Assembly: GCA_963696555.1 (NCBI GenBank)
Contig: CAVOKR010000006.1
Location: forward strand, 2,660-66,659
Length of the DNA stretch: 64,000 nt
Reading direction: 5' to 3'
Source: an uncultured Alphaproteobacteria bacterium
GTDB lineage: Bacteria > Pseudomonadota > Alphaproteobacteria > Rhizobiales > Xanthobacteraceae
The notes under the pieces were generated by a model, which saw only the letters and a program-made list of their open reading frames with translations, ran no database searches and was not told the DNA's origin. The position numbers were made by a program, and so were the translations under genes. Shown piece by piece: positions 52,181 through 62,894 of the stretch; the stretch's first letter is position 1; each line of letters opens with the position of its first letter.

Positions 52181-52840
52181 ATGACGATGCGATCGGTCGC
52201 CGCACTGATCGTATCGGCGCTCATTGCTGCAACGACTGGCTCCGCGGGTGCCGAGACGCTGCGCCGGATTCTCGCTTCGCCATTGGTCGAGGAGGGCTCG
52301 GCTCCCGACGGCTGCACGCCGGTGCTGAGCGGGCTCGGCGGACCCGTGCGCTGGGAGGTTCGCGTCGAACGCTTCCTGCCCGACGGCAAATCGCTGGTCG
52401 AGACGAGCCGCAATGCCGAGCCTAATCGTTTTCCGCTCTGCATCGCCGATCGCCCGGTGGCCAAGAATGCCGAAGTCGAAATGCCTTTCGTGGCGCATGA
52501 TGGTGGCAGCGCTCGTGCCGCCGGAATTGTGCTGCGCTTTTCCGATCCGCAGGATTTCTATGTCGTCGAGGCCGATGCCCTCCTTGGCCATGTCCGCCTT
52601 CTCAGCATCGTCAATGGCGTACGCCGCGAGATCGCCGATGGCGTCGCACCGCTTGTTTTCGGCGAAGCGCATACGCTGAAGGTCAAAGCCACCGACGAGC
52701 ATTTTGCTGTCGCCCTGGACGGCAGGGATTTGTTCGACGTACGGGACCGTGGCCTCACCGGACCGGGCCGCTTCGGCATCTGGAGCAGGGCCGACAGTCA
52801 GACGAGCTTTGGCGATCTTTACATCACGATTTTGGACTGA
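52181..52840 (+). CDS. secreted hypothetical protein (possibly concanavalin/LamG-like jelly-roll)
   Basis: Signal peptide MTMRSVAALIVSALIAATTGSAGA. Intact 219 aa. ..GIVLRFSDPQDFYVVE..HTLKVKATDEHFAVALDG..GRFGIWSRADSQTSFGDLYI pattern. Confidence 0.5.
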   Translation: MTMRSVAALIVSALIAATTGSAGAETLRRILASPLVEEGSAPDGCTPVLSGLGGPVRWEVRVERFLPDGKSLVETSRNAEPNRFPLCIADRPVAKNAEVEMPFVAHDGGSARAAGIVLRFSDPQDFYVVEADALLGHVRLLSIVNGVRREIADGVAPLVFGEAHTLKVKATDEHFAVALDGRDLFDVRDRGLTGPGRFGIWSRADSQTSFGDLYITILD

Positions 52841-52876
52841 ACCGGCTATAGTGGCGTCGGGAGAAAACGCTCATGC

Positions 52877-54128
52877 ATGACACCACCGCGATCGCCGCGC
52901 CGCAAGGGCTCGCTTTCGACCGGCAACAGCGCCAATCCGCGCTACGCCGAGCTCTACCGGCACTTATCCGACCATCGATTATCTGCGCCGCGGCGCGCGC
53001 CGCCGCCTGCCGCATTTCGCCTTCGAATATTCCGACGGCGGCTCGGGCAAGGACGACGCCGGCATCAGGCGCAATTGGGCGGCGCTCGATGCCGTCGAAT
53101 TGGTGCCGCGCTATGGCGTGATGCCGTCGCTGCCGCCCTGCGACGTCGAATTGTTCGGCCGCCGCTACGCGGCGCCGATCGGCATCGCGCCGATGGGCGG
53201 ACCGGCGATCGTGTGGCCGGGCGCCGACATCTATCTCGCCCGCGCCGCGCAGCGCGCGCGAATTCCCTACACGCTCGGCATGGCCGGCGGCGCCACCATC
53301 GAAGAGATCGCCGAGGTCGCGCCGGACGTGTTCTGGTTGCAGCTCTATCGCTTCGCCGGTAACGACCACGCCATCGGCTTCGATCGTGCTGCGCCGCGCC
53401 GCGGCGACCGATTGCAGCACCATCGTGCTGACGCTCGACGTCCCGGTGCGCACCAGCCGCGCCCGCGAAGTCGTGGTCGGCCTCGGCGGCGCTGCGTTCC
53501 ATCCGGACTTTCGCGATGCTGACGCAGATGGCGCGGTCGCCGCGGCTGGACCAAGGCGCTGTGGAAGAACGGCATTCCGCGTTTCGCCACGCTGCGCGCA
53601 CTATGCCGGCGCCAATCCGTCGATCAACGACGTGATCGCTTTCGCGCGCCGCGAGATGGGCGGCGCCTTCACCTGGGACGAAGTCGCGCGCTACCGCGAG
53701 CGCTGGCAGCGGACGCTGATCGTCAAAGGCATCCTGCATCCGCAGGACGCCGAGAAGGCCGTCTCGCTCGGCGTCGACGGCATGTTCGTCTCCAATCACG
53801 GCGGCCGCCAGATCGAGGCGCTGCCGGCGGCCGATCGACGCGCTGCCGGCCATCGTCGCGCAGGTCGGCAAGCGCGCCACCGTGATGATGGATTCCGGCA
53901 TCCGCAGCGGCACCGATGTGGTGCGCGCCTATGCGCTCGGCGCCGCCGCGGCCTTCGCCGGCAAGGCGTTCCTGTGGGGCCTCGGCGCGCTCGGCGAAGA
54001 GGGGCCGGGCCACGTCATCGATCTTCTGATCGAGGAGACCCAGGCCGCGCTCGGGCAATTGGGCGCGCTGACGCCGGAAGACGTCGCGCTCGGTCGTGAT
54101 CCGCCACAACGGCGCGCTGCACTTCTGA
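52877..54128 (+). pseudogene. FMN-dependent alpha-hydroxy-acid dehydrogenase/oxidase (L-lactate-dehydrogenase-like), at least five frameshifts
   Basis: ..YPTIDYLRRGARRRLPHFAFEYSDGG..IGIAPMG.. / ..IVLTLDVPV.. / ..LIVKGILHPQDA..GVDGMFVSNHGGRQ.. / ..MMMDSGIRSGTDVV.. in alternating frames. Confidence 0.8.
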
Positions 54129-54215
54129 CCTGCATTACCGGCAGTGGCGCTGTTCCGTGAGCCCGGTTAGAAGGAGAACAAGAATTCTCCTTCAGGGCAG
54201 GAACGCAACAAAGTC

Positions 54216-55433
54216 GTGACGATCGTCGCCGAACCCGTACTTGATCTCACCGATGATCGGCTCGCCGCCAGGAATGCGCTGGTGCTCGCCGTGGCGCAGG
54301 CGCTGGCCGGCGGCAACAATACCGTGATCGTTGCCACCAGCAGCATCGTCGGCGCCGTTCTGGCGCCAACGCCGGCGCTCGCGACGCTTCCGATCAGCTT
54401 CATGGTTGCCGGGATGTGGTTCGGCACGCTGCCGGTCGGTGCGCTCTCCAAAGCTTATGGCCGGCGCTTCGCGCTCCAGGTCGGATCGGCGTTCGGCGTC
54501 TTGTCCGGATTGATTTCCTGCGCCGCGATGCTGCAAGGGTCGTTTGCGCTGTTGCTGCTCGGCACGCTATGCGGCGGCCTTTATGCCGCGGCGCACCAGT
54601 CCTATCGCTTTGCCGCTACCGATACGGCAAGCCCGAACTTCCGCCCTAAGGCGGTCGCCTGGGTGCTGGCCGGTGGCATATTCGCCGCGATTATCGGGCC
54701 GCAGATCGTCATCCATACCAAGGACCTGTGGCCGACTTATCTGTTCGCCGCCACCTATGTGGCGCAATCGGCCTGCGCGGCGCTGGCAGCGGTCGTGCTG
54801 ACCTTGCTTAACGTTCCGCGGCCCGCGGTCTCGCATTCGCTGCGCGACGGCCGGCCACTGTCGACGATCGCCAGGCAGCCGAAATTCATTATCGCGGTGG
54901 TCTGCGGGCTCTCGAGCTACGCCATGATGAATATGGTAATGACGTCGGCGCCACTCGCCATGGTGGCCTGCCACCACACAGTGAGCGAGGCGGCGCTCGG
55001 CATCCAGTGGCATGTCCTCGGCATGTACGCGCCGAGCTTCATCACCGGTTCGCTGATTGCGCGATTTGGCATTCGGCCGATGATCGGGTGCGGCTTGTTG
55101 TTGATGGTCGTCTCGGCCGCCATCAGCGTGTCGGGCAACGAGCTTTGGAATTTCTGGATCGGGCTCGCGCTGCTCGGCATCGGCTGGAATTTCGCCTTCA
55201 TCGGCGCCACCACCATGGTCACCGAGTGCCACGACCCGCATGAGCGCAACAAGGTCCAGGCCTTCAATGATTTTCTGGTGTTCGGCTCGATGGCGATCGC
55301 GTCGTTCTCGTCGGGCGCGCTGCTTGCGACCTATGGCTGGACCATCGTCAACGCCATGGTGTTTCCGGTCATAACGGTCGCGGGACTGCTGCTCGCCGGC
55401 AGCTCGCTGCTGCGCCGCCCACAGCCGGTGTGA
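54216..55433 (+). CDS. MFS transporter
   Basis: 405 aa, intact, about 12 TM. Confidence 0.75.
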   Translation: MTIVAEPVLDLTDDRLAARNALVLAVAQALAGGNNTVIVATSSIVGAVLAPTPALATLPISFMVAGMWFGTLPVGALSKAYGRRFALQVGSAFGVLSGLISCAAMLQGSFALLLLGTLCGGLYAAAHQSYRFAATDTASPNFRPKAVAWVLAGGIFAAIIGPQIVIHTKDLWPTYLFAATYVAQSACAALAAVVLTLLNVPRPAVSHSLRDGRPLSTIARQPKFIIAVVCGLSSYAMMNMVMTSAPLAMVACHHTVSEAALGIQWHVLGMYAPSFITGSLIARFGIRPMIGCGLLLMVVSAAISVSGNELWNFWIGLALLGIGWNFAFIGATTMVTECHDPHERNKVQAFNDFLVFGSMAIASFSSGALLATYGWTIVNAMVFPVITVAGLLLAGSSLLRRPQPV

Positions 55434-55480
55434 TACAAAGACCCAACGTCCCGCCGCGCATTCACCGGGAGGGGAAACCC

Positions 55481-56002
55481 ATGGCCAAGCCAAAACGGAA
55501 GCCAACTGGAGCCGCGCAAAGGTCACGCAAGGCCGTGTCGCGGACTTCGCGGGCTGCAAAGCCTTCAGCACGCCGCCGCGTCACGGCGGCGCCGAAGCGC
55601 AAGACAAAGCCGGCGGCCCTGCGCAAGCAGACTTTCGTTGCCAGCCATCCTTCGCCTGACGCTTTCGAACAGGGACTGCGGCGCTACGCGCATTATCGCG
55701 ATCTCGGCATTGCGGCGGCGACCAAAGGGTTGGCGCGGGCGCATGTCATCAAGATGATCCCGCCCTGCGATCCCGCTGAGGTCTCGAAGCGGCATTTCCA
55801 CGACGTCGAATTTCAGATGGTCTATGTGCTCAAGGGCTGGATCAAGAGCGAGTTCGACGGCGAGGGCGTGGTGACGATGCGCGAGGGCTCGTGCTGGCTG
55901 CAGCCGCCGAAGATCAAACACACGGTGCTCGATTATTCCGACGATTGCGAGCTTCTGGAAGTCATCCTGCCGGCGGATTTCGACACGGTGGAACTTGAGT
56001 GA
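55481..56002 (+). CDS. cupin-domain protein with a Lys/Arg/Ala/Pro-rich N-terminal tail
   Basis: SD gggagggg before ATG 55481. MAKPKRKPTGAAQRSRKAVSRTSRAAKPSARRRVTAAPKRKTKPAALRK tail, then ..HFHDVEFQMVYVLKGW..CWLQPPKIKH.. cupin motifs. Confidence 0.65.
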   Translation: MAKPKRKPTGAAQRSRKAVSRTSRAAKPSARRRVTAAPKRKTKPAALRKQTFVASHPSPDAFEQGLRRYAHYRDLGIAAATKGLARAHVIKMIPPCDPAEVSKRHFHDVEFQMVYVLKGWIKSEFDGEGVVTMREGSCWLQPPKIKHTVLDYSDDCELLEVILPADFDTVELE

Positions 56003-58443
56003 AAATGACTCGACGACTGGTGCAATGATGGCGGTTCTGGGCTCGGACGATCTGGCAATACTCACCGAGCTCGAGCGCAAGGTGCTGTGGCTCGCCACCT
56101 GGACCATCCATCACGCCAATCATGTGCGCGAGAACAGTGACGGCGTGAAGGTCGGCGGCCATCAGGCCTCGTCCGCCTCGCTCGCCACCATCATGACGGC
56201 GCTTTATTTCCACACGCTGCGGCCGGCCGACCGCGTCGCGGTCAAGCCGCATGCGGCGCCGAATTTTCACGCCATCCAATATCTCCTCGGCCGCCAGACC
56301 CGCGAAAAGCTCGAAGCACTTCCGCGGCTACAAAGGCGCGCAATCCTATCCGTCGCGCACCAAGGACACCGACGACGTCGATTTCTCGACCGGCTCGGTG
56401 GGCCTGGGCGTGGCGCAGACGCTGTTCTCGTCGCTGGTGCAGGATTACGTGCGCGCCCACGGCTGGGGCCTTGACCGGCCGGAAGGCCGCATGATCGCGC
56501 TTCTCGGCGACGCCGAGCTCGACGAGGGCAATATTTTCGAGGCGATCCTCGAAGGCTGGAAGCAGGGGCTGCGCAATTGCTGGTGGATCGTCGACTACAA
56601 CCGGCAAAGCCTCGACGCCGTGGTGCGCGAGGGGCTGTGGGAGCGCTACGAAAATCTGTTCCGCAATTTCGGCTGGGACGTCGTCGTTCTCAAATACGGC
56701 GCGCTGCAGCAGGCCGCCTTCGCCGAGCCGGGCGGCGAGGTGTTGCGGCAATGGATCGATAATTGCCCGAACCAGCTTTATTCGGCGCTGGTGTTCCAGG
56801 GCGGCGCGGCCTGGCGCAAGCGCCTGCTGGACGAGATCGGCGATCAGGGCGCGGTGACGCGACTGATCGAATCGCCGCAGCGACGACGAACTGGCGCGGC
56901 TGATGAACAATCTCGGCGGCCACGATCTCGGCCGCCATCATCGAAGCCTTCGACGCCATCGATCACGACCGGCCGGTCTGCTTCATCGCCTATACCATCA
57001 AAGGCTTCGGGCTGCCGCTCGCCGGGCACAAGGACAATCATGCCGGCCTGATGACGCCGGCGCAGATGGAAACCTTTCGCGGCGCGATGAATATCCGCGC
57101 CGGGCGAGGAGTGGGTCGCGTTCGAAGGCCTGCGCGCAACCCGCCGACCGACATCCAGGCATTTCTCGATCGCGTGCCGTTCGCGCGCGCCGGCGAGCGC
57201 GCTCTGCAGCGCGCCGCGCATCGCCGTGCCGGATGAACTTGCCGTCACCGATCCAGCCGCAAATGTCGACGCAGCTCGGCTTCGGCGCGCTGCTCAACGA
57301 GACTCGCGCGCGGCACGACGCCGCTCGCCGCGCGCATCGTCACGACCTCGCCGGACGTGACGGTGTCGACCAATCTCGGCCCGTGGGTCAATCGCCGCGG
57401 CCTGTTCGCGCGCGAAGCGCATGGCCGACACCTTCAAGAGCGAACGCATCCCCTCGACCTTCAATTGGGAGTTCTCGCCCAAGGGCCAGCATCTCGAGCT
57501 CGGCATCGCCGAGATGAATTTGTTCATCGCGCTGTCGGCGCTCGGCCTGTCGCACGCCATCAATGGCGAGCGGCTGTTGCCGATCGGCACGCTCTACGAT
57601 CCGTTCATCGCGCGCGGCCTCGATGCGCTCGAATTACGCCTGCTATCAGGACGCGCGCTTCATTCTGGTGGCGACGCCGTCCGGCATCACGCTTGCGCCG
57701 GAAGGCGGCGCCCATCAATCGATCGCCGAGCCGCTGATCGGCATGGCGCAAGACGGGCTCGCCGCGTTCGAGCCGGCCTTCGTCGACGAGCTTGCCGTCA
57801 TTCTCGCGCTTCGCGCTCGATTACATTCAGCGCGCCGGCGACGGCGAAGCCTCCGAGCGCAACTGGCTGCGCGACGAGACCGGCGGCTCGGTCTATCTGC
57901 GGCTGTCGACGCGGCCGATCGAGCAGATCAAGCGCGACGATGACGCCGGAATTGCGCCAGGCGATCGTCGACGGCGCCTATTGGCTGCGCGAGCCGGGGC
58001 CGAATTGCCAGGTGGTCGTGGCCTATAGCGGCGCCGTCGCGCCCGAGGCGATCCAGGCCATCGGCCTGATGGCGGAGGACCGCCGCGATGTCGGTCTGCT
58101 GGCGGTCACCTCGGCCGACCGGCTCAATGCCGGCTGGACCGCGGCCTGCCGCGCGCGCGAGCGCGGCCTCGTGCATGCCCGCTCCCATATCGAGCGGCTG
58201 TTCGCCGGCCTGCCGCGCCATTGCGGCATCGTCACGCGTGCTCGACGCGCCATCCGGCGACGCTCGCCTGGCTCGGCGCGGTCGCGCGGCCATCGCGTGC
58301 GGCCGCTCGGCGTCGAGCATTTCGGCCAGACCGGCTCGATCGCCGATCTTTATCGCCACTACGGCATCGACGCCAACGCCATCATCGCCGCGGCGCAGAG
58401 CATCGCGCCGGGGCGGCCGATCCGGCATCTCGGAGCGGCCTAG
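55995..58443 (+). pseudogene. thiamine-diphosphate-dependent E1 / transketolase-like enzyme (AceE-type pyruvate dehydrogenase E1 homologue), about ten or more frameshifts
   Basis: ..KVGGHQASSASLATIMTALYF.., ..LLGDAELDEGNIFEA..WIVDYNRQSLD.., ..FIAYTIKGFGLP..HAG.., ..GIAEMNLF.., ..LAPEGGAHQS.., ..GVEHFGQTGS.. found in constantly changing frames. Start TTG 55995 or ATG 56025. Confidence 0.8.
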
Positions 58444-58467
58444 GGCCGCTCGCTGCAGCCGCCAGCG

Positions 58468-59505
58468 TCAGTTCATCTGAAACTTCCGTACAGCCGTTTT
58501 GCCCACGGCCGTAAACCCGGCGAAGATGTTGCCTTGGTCGTCGGCCGTGACTTCCTCGGCCGATCCGATGCTGGGATCGGTCAGCGGAATGAAGGCTGCG
58601 ACCTTGCCGTCCTTGACGCTGCCGATGCGAATACCCTGTTTGAAGCCAGGATTGGTCTTGTCGTCGGACTGCGAGTCCGCGACATAGATGGTGTCGTTCT
58701 TGTCGATATAGACGCTGCTGGGCCGGCCGAACTCTTTCCATTCGGCGATGAATTTGCCGTCTTGGTCGAAAATCTGGATGCGGCTGTTGGAGCGATCGCC
58801 GACATAAAGGCGCCCGGCCGAATTGAGCGCAAGGCTGTGCGGCACGTCGAACTCGCCGGGCCCAGAGCCATGCTTGCCAAAGGCCATGATGAATTTGCCG
58901 TCCTTCGACAGTTTGACGATTCGATCGTTGGTCTGATGGCCCTGCATGACGCCGTGACCGTCGGCAACAAAGATGTCGCCGCTCGGCGTTGTGATCACAT
59001 CGGAGGGCGTATCGAACATGCCCGGCGCATTCCCGGCCACACCGGCTTTACCAAGCGTCATAAGGACCTTGCCGCTCGGTGAGAACTTTGTGACGGTATG
59101 ACCCTTGTCGTTGGCGGCGCGCCCGTCGGTCACCCACACATCGCCCGAGCGATCGACATAGAAGCCGTGCGGCCAATTGACCAAGCCGCCGCCGAAACTC
59201 GCGACGACCTTGCCATTGGCGTCGAGTTTCAGCACCGGGTCGAGCGTCGAGCCTTCGCACGTGTCGGCGCCGCAACGCTCGAAAACCCACAGCGTCTTGC
59301 CGTCGCTATGGTCGATCTCGACCCCGATGGGTCCGCCGAGCTTGCGCCCATCCGGCATTTGCACGGAGAAATCCGCCAGCCGATAAGGGCTCGGCGCGCT
59401 GTTCGGATCGTTCTTTTCTTCTCCGTAGAGGAGTTTGCCGCCAAGGCCGATCGCGATGACCGTCGATAATGCCAGCGCGGCAATCGACTGAACCGTCGTT
59501 CTCAT
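58468..59505 (-). CDS. secreted NHL-repeat beta-propeller protein
   Basis: SD aagggaggg before ATG 59505. Signal/TM MRTTVQSIAALALSTVIAIGL. Repeated ..P.GV.VD..G.I(W/Y)V(T/A)D.. units. The N-terminal 78 aa of the 423-aa ORF belong to the sigma-factor tail in another frame. Confidence 0.75.
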   Translation of the reverse strand: MRTTVQSIAALALSTVIAIGLGGKLLYGEEKNDPNSAPSPYRLADFSVQMPDGRKLGGPIGVEIDHSDGKTLWVFERCGADTCEGSTLDPVLKLDANGKVVASFGGGLVNWPHGFYVDRSGDVWVTDGRAANDKGHTVTKFSPSGKVLMTLGKAGVAGNAPGMFDTPSDVITTPSGDIFVADGHGVMQGHQTNDRIVKLSKDGKFIMAFGKHGSGPGEFDVPHSLALNSAGRLYVGDRSNSRIQIFDQDGKFIAEWKEFGRPSSVYIDKNDTIYVADSQSDDKTNPGFKQGIRIGSVKDGKVAAFIPLTDPSIGSAEEVTADDQGNIFAGFTAVGKTAVRKFQMN

Positions 59506-59631
59506 ATGTCCCTCCCTTAGTTTGCTTCCTGGTTTTCTTCTCTGGCTTTTTTTGTGATTGTACGCCGTGTCGGCGATGGCTGGAAGCCATCCGCGCGCCA
59601 AGCGGACGCCGGACGGCGATATCAGCGCGAC

Positions 59632-60548
59632 GCTATTGCGCGTCCTTTGCCAACACCAGTTCCGCGTCGTCGACGACGTAGCGGACATAACGGTAGTCGC
59701 GGATGAAGCTGATCCGGCCGTCCGGTCCATTCCAGCCACATCAGATAGCTCGGGCTTCGCTGCTTGCGGGTCCTCCTAGACCGCGATCACCTCGCGGCCA
59801 TCGAGCCAGGCAGGCGCGAGCCGCACCGGGGCGCTGCGCGAATAGATGCCGAAGAACATGCCGACATCGGCGGCGCCCGAGCGCTGCGGATAGGTCGACT
59901 GGACGAGCCGCACGTCGTCGGCCAGCATCGCGCGCAAGCCGTCCCAGTCGCGCCGGTTGAACAGAGCGACATAGCGGGCGACCGCCGGCGATGGCGGGCG
60001 CGGCGCGGAATGGGCCGGCGCCTTGGCGTTGATGGCCTTGAGCCGCGCGCGCCCGCGGGCGAGGTGGGCCTTCACCGCATTGACCGTGAGGTCGAGCAGC
60101 GCGGCGATCTCTTCCAGCGACTGGTCGAGCACGTCTTTGAGGATCACCACGCTGCGCTGCATGGTCGGAAGCTCCGCGAACCGCGACACCGCGGTCTCGA
60201 CCGCCTCCCGCCGCATCAGCGTCTCCATCGGATCAGGCGTATCCGGATCGGCGACCTCTTCGGCCGCCTCGATCGGTTCGGCCGCGCGGATCGCGCGGCT
60301 GCGCAACAGGTCGAGCGCGCGGTTGTGGGCGATCCGGAACAGCCAGGCGCGCATCGGCGCGTCCTCCGGCAATTCGTCGAGCGCGGCGAAGCGCGCGGGC
60401 GAAGGTGTCCTGCACCACGTCCTCGCCATCGATCACCGAACCCATCAGGCGCGCGCAATAGCGGTGAAGCTCCGGCCGCAACTCGCTCGGCGAGCGCCAT
60501 GAGCTGCGCCTGGCGCGCGGTGGGCGGCGGGGACGGGCCTCCGCTCAA
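59632..60548 (-). pseudogene. ECF sigma factor with fused C-terminal SnoaL/NTF2-like domain (ECF41-like), about four frameshifts (about 60485, 60397, 59776, 59715)
   Basis: ..[31 protein letters not shown] / [87 protein letters not shown]... After the apparent stop at 59776 the tail ..SYLMWLEW.. / ..DGRISFIRDYRYVRYVVDDAELVLAKDAQ-stop continues in other frames. Confidence 0.75.
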
Positions 60549-61304
60549 GCCGCTTCTCCCTCGAGGACCGTGATCCCGGTATCGCCTTTCAGGCCGAAGG
60601 CGACGCCCGTTGCGTATTGCGGATCGTCGAGCACCGCGACCAGATGGTCGCCGAACTTGCGCGGCGGCAGCGGCGCGCCGAACCGGGCGAAGTACGCCTC
60701 ACGCTCGATGCCCAACGCTCCAGCGTAGCCGCTCGATGCCGCGTCGCCGACGCCGGTGCCGCCGATCATCTGCCGCGGCACGATCGCCTGGAAGCGGATG
60801 CCCAGGCCCTTCTGCTGCGAAATCCCATTGGCGTATTTGGCCATGAACCAGAGCATGCGCTTTGAGCCCGGCATAGCCGCCCGAGAGCGGCGATCCGTTC
60901 TCGGCCGCGCCGCTCGAGCCGACCAGCACGCGGCTGCCCGGCTTGAGCGGCAGTTTGAGCGCCGCCTGCAGCCAATAGAGCCCGGCCTTGACGTCGGTGT
61001 CCCAGGTCGCGGTGAAATCCGCCCAACTCAACTGGTCCAACCGGCCCATGCGCGGCGTCGCGCCGGCATTCAGCACCAGGATGTCCGGTCGGACCTCGGC
61101 AAGGATGCGATGCGCGGCCGTTTCCTCGGTAACGTCGGCCGCGATTGTCGCGACGCCGAGCCTCGCTTCCACCGCCGCGAGCGTCGCCCGATCGCGCGCC
61201 ACGACGGTCACCTTGGCGCCATGGTCTACCAGGGCCTCGACAAGCCCGAGTCCCAAGCCGCGGCTGCCGCCGGTCACCACGATCGTTTTGTCCTTGAGGC
61301 TCAT
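60545..61304 (-). pseudogene. short-chain dehydrogenase/reductase (SDR), frameshift near 60865
   Basis: MSLKDKTIVVTGGSRGLGLGLVEAL..NAGA..SSGAAENGSPLSGGYAG / SKRMLWFMAKYANG... Stop overlaps the sigma start (TTGA). Confidence 0.8.
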
Positions 61305-61330
61305 CGGCCTGCTCCCGTGCTTGTGTCTCC

Positions 61331-61368
61331 TGAACCTAGGACGTTCGGGCCTGCGGAAAAGAGCCACC
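61331..61368 (-). promoter_or_regulatory. candidate ECF-type promoter upstream of the SDR/sigma operon
   Basis: Minus strand GGTGGCTCTTTTCCGCAGGCCCGAACGTCCTAGGTTCA. Shares GGTGnCT..TTTTC..CGAACGTCCTAGG.TCAG with 62706-62744. CGTC lies 36 nt before ATG 61304. Confidence 0.45.
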
Positions 61369-61397
61369 ATGCTGGGGCCGTCAAGGCATCGAGATGA

Positions 61398-62159
61398 TCA
61401 GCGCCCGCTGGTTCCGAGGTCGTCCGAATGTCCGGCCTTCAGGCGAGGCCACTGAGCGATCGGGCGTCCATCGTGACGGTAACTGTGCTGGCCTTCGGGC
61501 CTTTGCGGCCAGCCTGCGGGGGAATCCTCCCACGCCTCCTGCCGCCCGTAGACCGTCAAATCGAGCAACCGGTAGCTATTGCCCATCGCCTCGACGCCGC
61601 GCCGCGTCGTCCAATAGGTTTCGAAAACATCGGATCCCTGGCGCAGGTAGCAAACGATGTGCATCATGCCCACGCGGCGTCCGACCAGGAGAGTATCGAG
61701 CGATTCTCGCGGGGCCGCGTACCAAGGCATCTCCCAGCCCATGAAGTCGCGGTACCGGGCGCTCTCTTCATACGGGCCCTGGCAAAGCGTGGCGTAAGTG
61801 ACGTCGCGGGAATGGATGAAGGACAGTTCGCGGACCTGGGATGTGTACAGGGTGCAGCCCTCGCACTGCTCCGGTGCGGGTCGGCCGGCGTGCCACATGA
61901 AATAATAGGCGATGAGCAGCCGGCGCCCCTCGAACGCATCCAACAATGTGACGGTTCCGCGTTCGCCGATGAGCGGTGTCGCGCCGTCGACCGCGACCAT
62001 GGGCAGACGCCGCCGGGCGGCCGCAATGGCGTCGCCTTCACTCGTGTGAGCCTTCTCGCGAACCCGCAAGGCGTCGAGCTCCGCCTGAAAGGTGTTCCGA
62101 TCGACTACCTTTGGGGCTCCAAGTTCATCGCTCATGATGCCTGTCATCGTTCGCTCCAT
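61398..62159 (-). CDS. DUF899-family thioredoxin-like protein
   Basis: ..AHTSEGDAIAAARRRLPMV..LLDAFEGRRLLIAYYFMW..CEGCT..FETYWTTRRGVE.. pattern. 253 aa, intact. Confidence 0.75.
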   Translation of the reverse strand: MERTMTGIMSDELGAPKVVDRNTFQAELDALRVREKAHTSEGDAIAAARRRLPMVAVDGATPLIGERGTVTLLDAFEGRRLLIAYYFMWHAGRPAPEQCEGCTLYTSQVRELSFIHSRDVTYATLCQGPYEESARYRDFMGWEMPWYAAPRESLDTLLVGRRVGMMHIVCYLRQGSDVFETYWTTRRGVEAMGNSYRLLDLTVYGRQEAWEDSPAGWPQRPEGQHSYRHDGRPIAQWPRLKAGHSDDLGTSGR

Positions 62160-62204
62160 CAGTGGTGTCCAAGATCCATCGCATCGCTGATGCGCTCGGC
62201 GGCT

Positions 62205-62648
62205 TCACTCCCAGCTGTCGAGCTTGATCTCGTTTGGCCAGGGGGTGCCCTTGCCGGTTTCCAACAGCGCCTTCAGGCTCAACAGAAAGACCGCCCATTT
62301 GGTGCTGCAATGGTGCATGAAGTCGACCGGCTCCTTCCAGCCTTGGTGCTTGAAGTAAATAACGGTCCAGTCGCCTTGCTGTTGTAGATCGAAACTGATT
62401 TTTGTACCGCGCCATTCGTCGGGCCCGTCAACCACCTGCCAGAGCACGCGTTTGTCGGGCGCGAGTTCCAGGACCTTCATGTCGAAACCGCCGGCGCCGA
62501 AGCGAAATTGGATGACGCCGCCGAGTTTGCCGTCGCCTTGCGTGTCGGTCGTCCACCAGCCGGAAAGACCGCTGAGCGTGGTCAATGCCCGATAGGCATC
62601 GTTCGGCGACGACGATTTGATTCCGACCTTGTGTAAAATGTCGACCAT
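62205..62648 (-). CDS. SRPBCC-superfamily protein (AHSA1/START-like)
   Basis: MVDILHKVGIKSSSPNDAYRALTTLSGLSGWWT..FRF..FDMKVLELAPDKRVLWQV... 147 aa. Confidence 0.7.
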   Translation of the reverse strand: MVDILHKVGIKSSSPNDAYRALTTLSGLSGWWTTDTQGDGKLGGVIQFRFGAGGFDMKVLELAPDKRVLWQVVDGPDEWRGTKISFDLQQQGDWTVIYFKHQGWKEPVDFMHHCSTKWAVFLLSLKALLETGKGTPWPNEIKLDSWE

Positions 62649-62705
62649 AGGGTGTCTCCTTTGGGTCCACTGCAGCGGGAGCGAGCAGCAAGCCGTATCG
62701 GCCTT

Positions 62706-62744
62706 CTGACCCTAGGACGTTCGAGACCGTGAAAAAAGTCACCC
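62706..62744 (-). promoter_or_regulatory. candidate ECF-type promoter upstream of the SRPBCC/DUF899 genes
   Basis: Minus strand GGTGACTTTTTTCACGGTCTCGAACGTCCTAGGGTCAG. Second copy of the motif at 61331-61368. Confidence 0.45.
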
Positions 62745-62894
62745 AGGCTTCCCGGGCGACCGCTAGCGCCGGCCCAACCGATCGCGCCGGGTCTCCGATG
62801 GAGGCACCTGGGGGTGAGTTTAAGTTTCGCGCCGCTTAAGGGACGCCAGGCGCCCCACGGCAACTCGCATCCTAGGACCCAAACATTCCACCCT

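Noticed and set aside
62871-62893. A third copy of the CCTAGG-containing promoter motif
   Set aside because: It shares only CCTAGG and a GGTGG box at the wrong spacing and has no CGTC element, so it is probably coincidental.
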